A stretch of DNA of 63,168 nt, the filler included, from Octopus bimaculoides (Eukaryota), in the NCBI RefSeq assembly GCF_001194135.2. It is 8 parts of 7 records of this genome, joined end to end, with 100 filler letters (N's around TTAATTAATTAA, not from the genome) between each part and the next. Parts side by side here need not be neighbours in the genome. Positions count along the whole stretch, not along the records: positions 15,695 to 41,409 come from NC_068984.1; 7 more parts are not named here. One strand, 5' to 3'. Positions 22,541 to 34,382 of this stretch are shown piece by piece. Positions within the stretch are counted from its first letter, which is position 1. Every line of letters starts with the position of its first letter. Made by a program: the position numbers and the translations under genes. The notes under the pieces are model-generated. The model had not been told where the DNA came from. It was given only the letters and a program-made list of their open reading frames with translations, and made no database searches.

Positions 22541-24680
22541 AGTAAGTAGAAACATAAAGGGGAGACCCTGCTACCCCTGTACTTCTACACAAGATATATA
22601 ATCCAAAACAAGCATGAAAATACACAGGCATATTTTGAGACAGTCAAACTGAAAGTAAATCGTTTCAATCAGTCATAAAAACTCATCACTACAGAATAAA
22701 GCATTGTTAGGACGAATTTCCATGCTTTCATTCTTTGCAACATATTTACTTTATTGTGTAGTGAGTTCAGGGGATGACATGAGTTATCCCCCCCTCCTCA
22801 CCAGCACCACTCTGTATCCAAGCGGTTGGGAGGGGGGGTTAGAAAAGTTCATAACCTGATAAACTTCCTTTTAGTAAACTTTCATTTGAAGTTTCATGAA
22901 AATGAAACAAAAAAATCAACAATAGCTGATAGTACAAAAGTTTGGCTGTAAGATACTTTAAAGAAAGTAGAAAAGGAGGAAAAAGAAGAAAAAAAGGGTA
23001 ACTATTGTGGAAATGTCATGCTCAGAGAAAAATGGTAAATAAAATTTTAAACCTGTTATTTTCCCTGCTAAATGCTAGAATGAAAAAATATTGAAAAAAA
23101 AAAAAAATGCTAGATCTAGCATAAAATATGCTAAATTGGCAACCCTTTAATATCATTACGTATGAGTGTGTGTGTGTGTACTGCTTATACAAATATGTAT
23201 GTGAATGCCGATATTTTTTAAAAAGTTGTTATATTTTTGTGTGGTACTGGTCGTGCAGCCCAGTTTGCACTAAGATAAATCTGGTACTGGAAAAAAATAT
23301 AAGACAATCTCTGTTGTTCTCTCTTCCCTCTGTGCACTAAGCACATACTTGTTTTGCCTATACTGTCAAATAAAAAAGAAAGGCCAAGCCTTCAGCTTTT
23401 ACATGCTATTTTTAGTCGGTTGAGCTGTTACGTAGAGCACTAACAGAGCTTTTTAGCAGCAAGGACGAACTGCAGGTGCAAATTGCATGTGCGCATCGGT
23501 TTTGAGAAAAACAATATTTTTTAATAATAGAAATCCATGGCTATGTAATTTATATAATAGTTTTCATCCTGCTTTTCATACTGGATTTAAAGATCATTTG
23601 GAACGGTCTCAGATTCGAATACAGGTCAAATTTTGTTAACCGGTGTGAGGTTGCTTCTATAATCTGATAGAAATGGGTTTTTAGGTATTAGGGGTGCGCT
23701 GATGTTCGTAAGCCTGAGGTGAGAAATCGTGAGGAAGGTAGATGCTGTAAGCAACAACGTGAGCTGAAAAGTTGGGGAATGTCATTCATGTGCATACCTT
23801 ATCCCATTTCTATCAAAGCCAATGTTAAACATTGAGTCATTCACTGGCGCAATGGAGTCATGTTTTTCGTTTGCATCGTGCATTGTGTTTAACACTCAAG
23901 TTACATCACACACACACAAGCTTTGTACAAGCGATTTTTAACCAAGGCAACTAAATTCATCAGTCTAGGTGCACTTAGATTCCTAATGTATGTAATTAAT
24001 ATACAATGTTTTTTGATAAACTATTTCGGTGAAGTAACGAGATCATGTTAAGGATAAAGTTGATAAAGAATGAATTTATACTGTGTTGTTGTTTAGGCCT
24101 TAGATCATAGTCTGGCTGCAGCAGGTCTCACATGTTAAAGTAAACCAATTATCAAAATCATTTTAGTTGTCTCCATACATCCTGTTTTATTCTGAGTATA
24201 TCTAGTCACATTATTCAAGCTACTAAACACGACTCTAACGATAAGAATTTTTTTTACAGACGCTTGGGATGAGAATTAAGTCTATATACCTTTGCTACTG
24301 GAAATAAGGTCGAGCAGCTTGTCGTGCTATTAGACCAGAAACGCTTGTCAACGACTGTCTTCTTTTATCCAAACAATACATGTATCCTTTTCCTTAGTGG
24401 CATGTCAGTTTTGGGAAACTTTTGAATTTTGAGATTATCTCCCTTTTTCAAGTGGAGCTTGCCATTTGGTAATTATGAGACATCTTCCAGAAGTGGAGAT
24501 AATTTTACAACATGAATTCTTGATTTATATCAAGAATTTATGTCGTATTGTATTTGATATACTGTAATTGTTTATGTTGTTCAAAGACATGCCACTTGTC
24601 ACCGAGTTATTTCTCTCAGCTCGTTTTTGTTTAAATTAAGTAAATAACAACGGTTTCGCTGTTAGTGACAATTATGATTC

Positions 24681-24830
24681 ACTTACTTCCCCTCACAAAC
24701 TGAAACTGACGTGCTACTATCTATACCTATTGTATAGCTGAGTTTGTGAGTGTGTGTGTGTGTTGCATCTATAGAAATCCACACCTTACAAGATAGCAAT
24801 CTGGGAGTCGCACCAATGGATTCCTCATGG
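24681..24830 (-). promoter_or_regulatory. Probable non-coding first exon, donor and core promoter of the RDH-like gene
   Basis: Minus strand reads TCAGTTTCAGTT (Inr-like)...GGGGAA|GTAAGT (consensus donor at 24686-24681); CCAAT element near 24813 in a locally CpG-richer patch. Link to the RDH exon is inference. Confidence 0.45.
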
Positions 24831-25352
24831 CCGAAAATGCCCGGAATCGGCCATTTATTATTTTTTTTATTGCTTCCTAAGACCTGAATTTTTGTATTAA
24901 AAATAATTTTAAGCCATAAATTCTAACAATTTTCAAATCGGAGCATTAGTTAAGTCCCCTTCTAGTAATAATATAAAACAAAACTTTTTGCGAGTAAGCA
25001 GCTAACTGATGCAAGTCAGCTGTAGAATCGTGCTATTTTGACAGTCCCATAATTACGACATTACCAATACAATATGGGTTATAAATAAAGAAGCGGGTTC
25101 ATATTTAGAAAATAAGCTTGTGAGGCAGAACCGTTTTAACAGCATTATGGGTCTCCAGAGCAAAACCATGTAGTGGGATTCCCACATTCACAACCACAGC
25201 GTAGACTAGCAATGGGACCACTAAGCCACTGGGCGGAAGGTTCTCCAGACAATCGGCTAATATACTAATGCCTTAAAACTACTGAGAGGGCCTTTCCAGT
25301 ATCTGAATCCGTATATTTATAACACACATTGTATAAATGATCTCTCCCCGCC

Positions 25353-25384
<32 letters not shown>

Positions 25385-25814
25385 TAAGAGATTATATAAA
25401 TGAGAAAGGAACAGGAAATTATGTTTTGAACTTCATTAGCTTACAGTTATTTCTGCCATAAGAAGCAATGCACTTATAGTTGAGTGTTTTGTGCCACTTC
25501 ATAGCTTCCGTCGGAGACTATAAGACGATACACAAGTATAGCAGAAACAGGTCTAAGCTAATGATGTACATTACATAATTTCTTGTTCCCTTGTCATTTA
25601 TATAATCTCTTTTACGCTCTGTACTCTACAAACGCATTTCTCTGAAGCATATGCATATCGAGTCCTAACACTGGGTTATTAATATCGCTATACCTAAGCG
25701 ATATATATACATGTATAAAAAGAATTAAAAGTAACGTTATGAAATAAATATTTTCTTTAGCAAGCTCATTGGCTAATCTCAGCACTAGAGCCTGTTCTGA
25801 CACTGTTATTCTAT

Positions 25815-25985
25815 ATATTGCTGGCGGGGAGGCGAATCGCTGCTATCTCTAGCGTCCACCATTGACGAGATCAAAGAAGGTCGAATCACGTGATCTGGTG
25901 GTCTCGGCACTGGAGACGGCTGGGAGTTATCTAACAATATAAACAAGAGTACATTCCGCACCAAAAGCCAATATGAGAGTTTCTC
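25815..25985. promoter_or_regulatory. CpG-richer patch with palindromic E-box TCACGTGA and CCAAT
   Basis: ATCACGTGAT near 25885, GCCAAT near 25968; no linked exon identified. Confidence 0.3.
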
Positions 25986-26134
25986 TCATGGAAACTGCTG
26001 TGGTATAGTTTGTTCTAAGAGAACATCCACGTTTAAGTGGGGATAAACATTACCTCTCAGTATTAATACTACCTTTGTCGCTAGAATATATATATATACA
26101 TACATATATATATATATATATATAAATATGTGTG

Positions 26135-26171
<37 letters not shown>

Positions 26172-26174
26172 ATA

Positions 26175-26497
26175 TACCGTAAATCCTCGAGTATAATCCA
26201 CCCCTGAGTATAATACGCACCCCTTCTCTAACTTGAGTCAAGGAGATCTATATAACGTCCTTGGTTTGTAAACGTGTTTACAGTAACGTCCTTTATTATT
26301 ATTGTATATATAACAATGCAAACGTGTAACTTTTTTGTGCACTTTGTTTCCAGAAAATAAAGAAATAACAGTAATAACGTCAGTGAAAAATAAATATTAA
26401 GTAAATTGCCTTTACATATTTATCACTTAGAAAATTTTGCTTAGAAAATATTTTTCATTTTTAACCTCGTATATAGTACGCACTAGAAATTTTGGGA
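26175..26497 (+). mobile_element. Tc2/pogo-like non-autonomous element, left end
   Basis: TA|CCGTAAATCCTCGAGTATAAT terminus inserted in a TA run; right end lost in a gap. Confidence 0.5.
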
Positions 26498-27112
26498 NNN
26501 NNNNNNNNNNNNNNNNNNNNNNNNNNNNNNNNNNNNNNNNNNNNNNNNNNNNNNNNNNNNNNNNNNNNNNNNNNNNNNNNNNNNNNNNNNNNNNNNNNNN
26601 NNNNNNNNNNNNNNNNNNNNNNNNNNNNNNNNNNNNNNNNNNNNNNNNNNNNNNNNNNNNNNNNNNNNNNNNNNNNNNNNNNNNNNNNNNNNNNNNNNNN
26701 NNNNNNNNNNNNNNNNNNNNNNNNNNNNNNNNNNNNNNNNNNNNNNNNNNNNNNNNNNNNNNNNNNNNNNNNNNNNNNNNNNNNNNNNNNNNNNNNNNNN
26801 NNNNNNNNNNNNNNNNNNNNNNNNNNNNNNNNNNNNNNNNNNNNNNNNNNNNNNNNNNNNNNNNNNNNNNNNNNNNNNNNNNNNNNNNNNNNNNNNNNNN
26901 NNNNNNNNNNNNNNNNNNNNNNNNNNNNNNNNNNNNNNNNNNNNNNNNNNNNNNNNATATTCTGTTTATTTTTTCTTACTCCATTCTGTTGAAGAGCGTA
27001 GGTTCGAAACGTAAAAGATTTTCTCACTTCCCCAAGCGTCAAACTAATACACCTGCTTGTTGTTCATACATCTGCCTTCGTCTTTTGTTTTTCTGTAAAT
27101 TTCAACTATATA

Positions 27113-27168
<56 letters not shown>

Positions 27169-27204
27169 TTGTGTGTGTATGTGCGCGCGTGCGCGCATAT
27201 GTTC

Positions 27205-27925
27205 CTTATGAATATCACGATATTCTCATTCGTGCTTGAGATAGCAACCTTAAATATATTTCAGAGACTCATCCCTCTTATGCTGCTCTCCAGTATCCTC
27301 TTATTCTGTGGAATGGACAAGATTCCACAAATTGAACCGGCAACAGGAGAGCCAATTACAAACAAAATGGTATCGTCAAATGACTTCTATTCTTACCAAC
27401 TGATATTAAGACCAGAACAATCAAATCAATTACACACGTATCATGATCTATTTCAACAATACCTGGTTGATATGTATGCTAAAGTTGAGAGTCAACATCT
27501 CCTCTGCATTCGTAAGAATCAAAAAAGTTAAGGGCTAAAAATTATGTTCATCTCCAAGATGTTCTGAGGGCAGACGGCGATATTCAAAACATGGGGCAAC
27601 ATATAATTCTCCCATCATCATTCACAGGTGATCCTCGATATATGCACCAACGAACACAAGATGCTATGACATATGTCAGGACATATGGAAAACCAGATCT
27701 TTTTGTCACTTTCACCTGCAATCCTAAATGGGATGAAATAAAATCTAACCGTCTTCCAGTGTTGTATCTTCTGGTATTACAGCTACCAGGAAGAACTGCT
27801 CAATTCACGTTCAAGCTTCCTCTAAACCTTGCAATGAAAGAATCTAAATGTGCAACATTTCCCAAAACTCTGCAATGGCAACAGTTCTCCAACAAACTTA
27901 CCTCATTGTTTGGGATGAGTGGAGT
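27205..27925 (+). mobile_element. Helitron RepHel remnant: Rep motifs joined to PIF1 helicase motifs by internal deletion
   Basis: ISETHPSYAALQYPL, LFQQYLVDMYAKVE, ILPSSFTGDPRYM, DAMTYVRTYGKPDLFVTFTCNPKWDEIK (Rep), then LPGRTAQFTFKLPLNL and CNISQNSAMATVLQQTYLIVWDE (helicase). Confidence 0.9.
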
Positions 27926-27927
27926 TC

Positions 27928-28486
27928 CAGAGGTACTTGACCGTACCCTCTATACGAGTTAATTTGTTCCCGGAGGCCGCTCGTAAAGCGAAAACTCGTA
28001 CAGTAGAGCAATAATTTCCCATAATAGCAATGTTATAAATCGTAATTCGTTTCCAGAAAAATGTTTTACCAATAAAATTTATAATACTTGTAAATGAATG
28101 GCAATAAAACAACAGTAGAATGTAATTAATATTTTATGTAAAGTAAAAAGAATGTCAAGATCATTTATAATAAAAAAAATATCGTTTTCTGAATCACTTT
28201 CACTAGCACTAGACTCGCGCACACCATCACTTGTAGACGCGATCGCCGATTCACAAGCACTCGTAGTTGGAATGGTAGATTTCTTTTTAGAAAACTAGTC
28301 TAGAGTTGTTTGCTTAGAAGAAGTTTTTATTTTTGCTTTATAAATTTCTTGGTAACACAGAGAAGCATTTGTTATGGTAGTAGAAACTTTCGCACTTCAT
28401 TCAAAATTTGGATCTTGTACTTGAAAAATAAAACTCACAAATGCAAAGTCTCGTAAAGCGGGTCCTCGCAAAGTGAGGTATTACTG
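27928..28486. mobile_element. Tigger/pogo-like MITE
   Basis: Left CAGAGGTAC...TATACGAGTTAATTTGTTCC...CTCGTAAAGCG; right CTCGTAAAGCGGGTCCTCGCAAAGTGAGGTATTACTG. Confidence 0.65.
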
Positions 28487-29109
28487 CATTTTTAGATTTA
28501 AAAAAATGTTATTCTCATTCATATGCGTTTAATATATTTCTTCTTTTTAAAGTTGACAAAAAGCAATGAGTCAGTAGTAGCAGTAGTTCATCCTACCAAG
28601 TGAATAAGCATGTGGCAACTTTAATGCCTTGTCCATCGTGCGTGAAGATAAAAACCTCTTAGCAAAAGAAAACGATAAAATCAATATCCATATCGAACCA
28701 CAGAAATCTGCCAATAGCGATTATAAAGGGAGAAAACAAAGTCAGAGCAAAACAAATAAAAACTGGACAAACAAAATGTAAAACAAAATTAGGTGAATAA
28801 GCAGCAAAAAATATTTGAAGTACAAAGGAAGACTACTTGAAGTTGACCCAATAACCTAATTGAAAGAGGAGTTTCTGCAAAGAACTATTTAAGGATGTAT
28901 GAAAATTATAGCTGCGTCTGCCACCAACATCACACTAGTTTGAAGGAGAGAGAGGGGGAGGGAGGGGAGAGAGAGAAAGAGGGAGAGAAGGGGGTGAGCC
29001 AGTTAGAAAATGAAACCATATACTGAATGGCCTACCATTGGCGTGTTTCAAAAGATAAATTTGTGGGACTGAGTCAGCAAAACGACTTTTCATCAACTTT
29101 TCTATTTTT

Positions 29110-30150
29110 CACTTGCTGGATTTGAAGGAAGGGGTAGTGCCCACAAACCAGAGCGGTTCATCCCCTTAATATGCTCCACGAAACACTGCAAGTCAATTCC
29201 ACAGACCGACATTTAGGGAAGGAAGGAAGGAAGGATTAGGCGTAGTGATTAGTGCTGCACCGGGAGTGGGTGATTAGAGTAGGAGAAACTAGGGATGAGG
29301 CGGGAATGTCTGTAACGTAGTATGACCCCTACCTGCTATAGGCTGAAATATGTACTTGCCCTGGATAGAAATGCCATTCATTAGGATGTGACTAGCTGTT
29401 AAGGATGTACTTTCGGCAAGAGAGAGTAATAGTGAGATACTGTAGTAGTGATAGAAAAGGAGAGAGAAGACAGCATATCTGTGACCCAGAGACTAGAGTG
29501 TATATATGAGTGATGCGATCTAGGTTGTCTATGTGTAACTGTAGTAGCACCGTCCTCAGTGTGAGAGCAATACTCCATTGTGGACCCACCGTGGACTTTG
29601 TAGAATGTCAATAATTACTATGGGCTGGAGAAAAGGGTCCGTCATTGTGATGTAGCTAAAATGTGCTTTCGCGACTGCAAGGGCCCTAATTTGCGTGTTA
29701 CTCATGGATAAGTTTAAAAAAATATTTTTTTCTTGATATGAATGAGTAGCGTTTGTGTTTTCTTGGTATTGAAAGAGACGAGACTGATATTACTTTCATT
29801 TAAAAAGGCTTTTGAGGTCTCTGTTCTTGGAGTCAGTACGGAAATTTAGCGTGTGGTGTCTAGGTTGTGAGTAGATGGTGCATTGCTGGGGTAAGCTGAG
29901 GCAAAATGAAGGATAGTGGCGATGTTGGACATAACGGCAATAAATCGATGGAAGAGAATAGAAGACTGAGTAGAGAATGAGGACAAAAACCTTGAGCACA
30001 CCGGAGTTGATAGACTGTGGGACAGAAAGAGTTCCATCAACACACACTGCGATAATGCGACCTAATAAGAAGCCCAAGGGTGTAGAGCGGATGTGAGCCG
30101 CCATGTGCAGTAACCAAATTGGCAGTCCACCTTTAGTGTTTTTTAACATA
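29110..30150 (-). mobile_element. CR1/Jockey-group LINE RT and 3' ORF2 remnant, heavily degraded
   Basis: RIIAVCVDGTLSVPQSINSGV (GVPQGS region), FYKV...MEYCSH, STNHY and DLQCF downstream motifs in the expected order. Confidence 0.7.
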
Positions 30151-30600
30151 ACATACCTTCAACTACAGCAAACACACCTACGTAATGTGGCTGGTCTGTG
30201 CAGTCTGTACACTTAATTACACGCCATTGAAGAAACCATTAATCTAAAAGATGGGAGGAGCCCACAAGTGAGCAGTTTCAGTCAATAGAGCAGCCAGGTT
30301 TAAAGTTAGTAGGAGCGAGCACATAAAAAAGGCGCCATGACATTCTAAACAATTTTTTAAAACTCATTTCTCTTATATTACGCGAAATATATTATTAGTT
30401 ATACGCAATAGCATTCTACATTCATTAATTTTGTTTCAGTAAGAATGTCATTATGTAGGACACAACTACTAATGTAGGTGCGATGTGAGAAAGATGAAAC
30501 TCTACGGGATCGTCCAGTGTCAAGAGGTTATGACGTCAGGATTTGTTTGGGTTTTTCCGATGTTAGCAGCCACTAACACATTACAGGAAATTGAGTAAAT

Positions 30601-31164
30601 GGATCGTTTTTAAAACGGGGGCCACATTTTTCATTAATGTTTACGTAGTGTTTTTGGTACCGAAAAACTTTTAAACTTCTATTTTGTGTTATAGAACAGA
30701 AAAATATTTTTGTACTCGAATTTATTTCATGTAAAAAATTGTCTTATTTCGATAATTTCAACCAATCACTGACAAGTATTCAGTTGTTTATATTTACCCC
30801 TTGGCTGATTAAGCGATGTAAAGCGTATTTAATCTCCATACCTTCGTTTTATTTGCTTTTTTCATTTTAAATTTGCTTTAACCCTAACCCTAACCCTAAC
30901 TCTAACCCTAGGGTTAGGGTTAGGGTTAGGGTTAATTGTTTCAGAATCGTTTGTTTATGTAGTCGGCACATCGGCTGAATGGACGTCAGTGATTGGTTGA
31001 AATTACAGAAATACGACAACTTTAACATGGAATAATTTATGGATTTCTTTTTTTTTAAAGAAGACTAAGAGAAAAAGATGTTTTATATGACACATTCTAC
31101 CAGTGTTCCAAGTTTCAAAGTGTTTCGTTAATGCAAAATGTGGCCCCCGTTTTAAAAAAGATCC
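30601..31164. mobile_element. Merlin-like MITE, 8-bp TSD, nested inverted repeats, central (CCCTAA)n-(TTAGGG)n
   Basis: TSD GAGTAAAT at 30593-30600 and 31165-31172; TIR GGATC.TTTTTAAAACGGGGGCCACATTTT; second inverted pair containing TTTCAACCAATCACTGAC; centre AACCCTAGGGTT. Confidence 0.8.
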
Positions 31165-31454
31165 GAGTAAATAGTTAAAAAAACACGGGAGTAATGACTC
31201 TAAAAAGTTCTTCCGAGGTCATATGATTAACAAAACACATCCCCCGCCAAAAAAAACAAAAAAACAACACACACACAAAAACATCAACAGCAAAACAAGA
31301 GATTCGACTTTTATTGCACAACTAAAGAGTTTCAAAAATTGTTGAAAAGGCACCAATTTTGAAAAATGTACTCGGGAAAAGCGGTCGCTCCCCTTGCTCC
31401 CCTATTAGCTACACTGCTGGTTACAATAAAGGATTCGCTAAACATATATATATA

Positions 31455-31516
<62 letters not shown>

Positions 31517-31834
31517 TGTATGTATGTGTATATATTTGTGTTTGTGCTTCTTCCCACTACAGCTTGACAACCAACAACTAGTGCTGGTTTCTTTACGTCC
31601 CCGTAAAATGGCGATTCGGCAAAAAAGACCAACAGAATAAGTACCTGATTAAAAAAAAAAAAAAGCACTGGGGTCGATTTGTTCGATTAAAATCTTTCAA
31701 GGCAGTTCTTGAGCATGGCCGAAATCCAATGACTGAAGGACAGGTGTGTGTATGTGTGTGCGCGCGCGTTTCAAATACATAAAAAAAAAAGCTAACCTAA
31801 ATGTGGCGGTACATTCAAATATCTCGTAGTCTCC

Positions 31835-32050
31835 ATTATTATTCAGCGAGTTGGTAGAATCGTCAGCACGCCGGATAAAATGCTTAGCGGCATTTCGTCC
31901 GTCTTTATGTTCTGTCTTCAAATTCCCCCGAGGTCGACTTTGCCTTTCATCTTTTCGGGGTCGATGAATAAGTACCAGTTGAGTACTGGTGTCGATGTAA
32001 TTGACTCACTCCGCTCCCAAAATTTCAGGCCTTGTGCCTATTATTATTAT
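31835..32050 (+). mobile_element. SINE family B (head GAGTTGGTAGAATCG, GTTCAAATTCC box, (ATT)n tail)
   Basis: Further copies at about 6890-6954, 34690-34895, 41715-41915, 45050-45190 and 56345-56505. Confidence 0.8.
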
Positions 32051-32054
32051 TATT

Positions 32055-32570
32055 GAGTGAGAGAGCATTGCATGCCATCAAAGTGACACTGGGATAAAAT
32101 ATACGAAGCCCGTTATACCCATCATGGCTACCCGTCTGATAAGGGTACACCAGGCACATGCATCACAACCATATTTGTGCCACATGGTGATCTCATATCA
32201 AGATAAACAGCGCATGACCTCGCAGGTGGGACCCAGTTAGAATTTTCTTCAGGCCGAGTAGCCTATCCCGCTCAAAAGGTCCCTGAATAAGGTTTGTTTA
32301 AGGATGCTGAACAAAGCACCCATGTTTCCAATGGTGAATTTTTCAAACCCCAAAAAATTCCTCTCAACACATGGCTATGCTCCCCCACTACTTCTGCTCA
32401 TGATCAGAGATGCACATATCGTCAGCCACCAAGGGACATGCTCAACTGGTTAAGGTCAAACAACTGACAAGCAAATCTGTGGTATTGAGCAGAATATTTG
32501 CTGTAGCCCATCTTTTATACCAAGACAAAACAATGTACATGATAACACTTCCAATCAATTGAGATCAGAA
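32055..32570 (-). mobile_element. Family D, longest copy, joined tail-to-tail to SINE B via (ATT)n
   Basis: Alignable by eye to 1941-2311 throughout. Confidence 0.85.
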
Positions 32571-33318
32571 GCCATCGATTGTAAGTATGATAGTATGATC
32601 AGTATATGTTTTGCTGTTTTACTTAAAACCATGAAAAAATCTAAAACTGCTCCGTACAAGCAATACAATAGGATATGTAGACAAGCAAGGCAGCTAAGCT
32701 AACATAGCATTAATGTTATGTCAATAACAACAGATAATTAAGTCAACTGTCTAAACCGAAATCTCTTGTTATTTTAGAACACATTTTGTTCGCTTTTCTA
32801 ACACTTCAGTTTATTTCCCCCAGCTCGGTTTTGTTTCGTATTTCGTCAATAGATTGTTTTTTTTTTTTTTTTCCAAAGGCCAAAGATGTTTTGTAAATGA
32901 ACGCATATACATTTATACATAATTTTTGATAGTTTCTGCCGATTAAGAATGATATCTCTCTCTCTCTCTCTCGGAAATATATTTATTTATTTATACAACG
33001 AAATGTTAGTGCCAAGCAGTGTTTAAGTATAAGCAAAATTTAGGCTTGTCAAAATGTGTTTGTGACATATTGCAACTGCTAAAAAGCAAACTCACTGCAG
33101 TTACCGTGGAGAAAATATCTCTTTTATGGTAAAATGGTGTGAAAACATTCGGTTTGTTCAGTGTCGCCATCTATCAGGAATCCCAAACATCGATGTTTCA
33201 AGTTTTTTGACTCTTGTCAATGGGATGTATTATATATATTCCAGGAGTGACAAGTTCAAAAATAATCAGCTCGGTCACTTAGAATAAAGTATTTAGAGAT
33301 AAGTTACAGGGTGAATAT

Positions 33319-33490
33319 AGTAATTTTTCAGATTAACATCCGCACGATTTTCACTAGGGTATTAGGGTTTTAGAGTCAGGGTTAGGGTTTTAGGGTTTAG
33401 GGTTAGGGTTTAGGGTTAGGATTAGGGTTAGGTTTAGGGCTTTAAGGTTAGGGCTTGGTAACCGTGCGTGTATTAATCTGAAAAATTACC
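33319..33490. mobile_element. Small Merlin-like MITE filled with TTAGGG/TTTAGGG repeats
   Basis: TIR GTAATTTTTCAGATTAA / TTAATCTGAAAAATTACC; TSD GTGAATAT(A) at 33311-33318 and 33491-33498. Confidence 0.8.
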
Positions 33491-33969
33491 GTGAATATAA
33501 ATATTTAATCCATAACCATTAGTCCTACAAACTGTATTTTATTTCTCCCCTTCCCCCACACGTATTGAGCTTGTTCCACTAAATATATACAAACACAGTG
33601 TATGTATCTGACTTGGTTAAAAATGGAAGGAAAGCGCCGATGAACTTTCTTCAAAGCTTTTGAAACTGGTAAGAGGATGGGAAAACGTCATCCTCAGACT
33701 AGAGACTCAGCTCGAATACTTGCAACAGAGCAGATCCCGCTCAAGGCACCCGAAGACCATATGGTAATAATAAAATGGGCAATGGCTTAACTCTACTCCC
33801 CCAGGAACAGGAGCGATTCTTCCGATAAACTTCCACACAGTTTCCCTGCCAAGGCTTTGGACGACAAACCCGGGGATTACGGTAGAAGACACGGTCAATA
33901 TAAAGCTCTTCACGCGGGGGGAAAAAGCCAGCCTAGTGGGTGTTAACAAGTATGCAGAAAATGAATATG

Positions 33970-34382
33970 GGCGATCTTTCGATACCAGTACCAAATATCG
34001 GCCTTTTCCGTAAAAAGTGTCTTCGGCGATCTTTACCAAAGATCGGCCTTTTCCATAACACCCGCACGATCTTCACTAGGGTGTTAGGGTTAGGGTTTTA
34101 GTGTCGGTTTTAGGGTTAGGGTTAGTGTTTAGGATTACAGTTAGGGTTACAGTTACGGTTAGGGACGGAATTCCCTAACCCAAACCCTAACCCTTAAACC
34201 CTAACCTTAACCCTAACCCCTTCAAAAGAAATCGCGCTCTCTGTATCTCTTTCGCTTTTACGACGTCGTTTCCCTCTTTCCCTCCAACTCTTTTTACGGA
34301 AAAGGCCGACCTTTGGTAAAGACCGCCGAAGACACTTTTTACAGAAAAGGCCGATATTTGGTACTGGTATCGAAAGATCGCC
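33970..34382. mobile_element. Merlin-like MITE with about 90-bp TIRs and convergent (TTAGGG)n...(CCCTAA)n
   Basis: GGCGATCTTTCGATACCAGTACCAAATATCGGCCTTTTC is mirrored at the right end; flanks TGAATATG / CGAATATA (6 of 8 match); shares CCGCACGAT.TTCACTAGGGT with the 33319 element. Confidence 0.8.

Noticed and set aside
22820-23720. Mariner-like TIR starts (AGGGGGGGTTAGAAAAGTTC near 22830; TATTAGGGGTGCG near 23686)
   Set aside because: No matching opposite ends or transposase motifs; too degraded to call.
34075-34220. (TTAGGG)n...(CCCTAA)n arrangement resembling a chromosome end-to-end fusion scar
   Set aside because: It is enclosed by long TIRs and a TSD, so it is MITE cargo rather than a fusion site.
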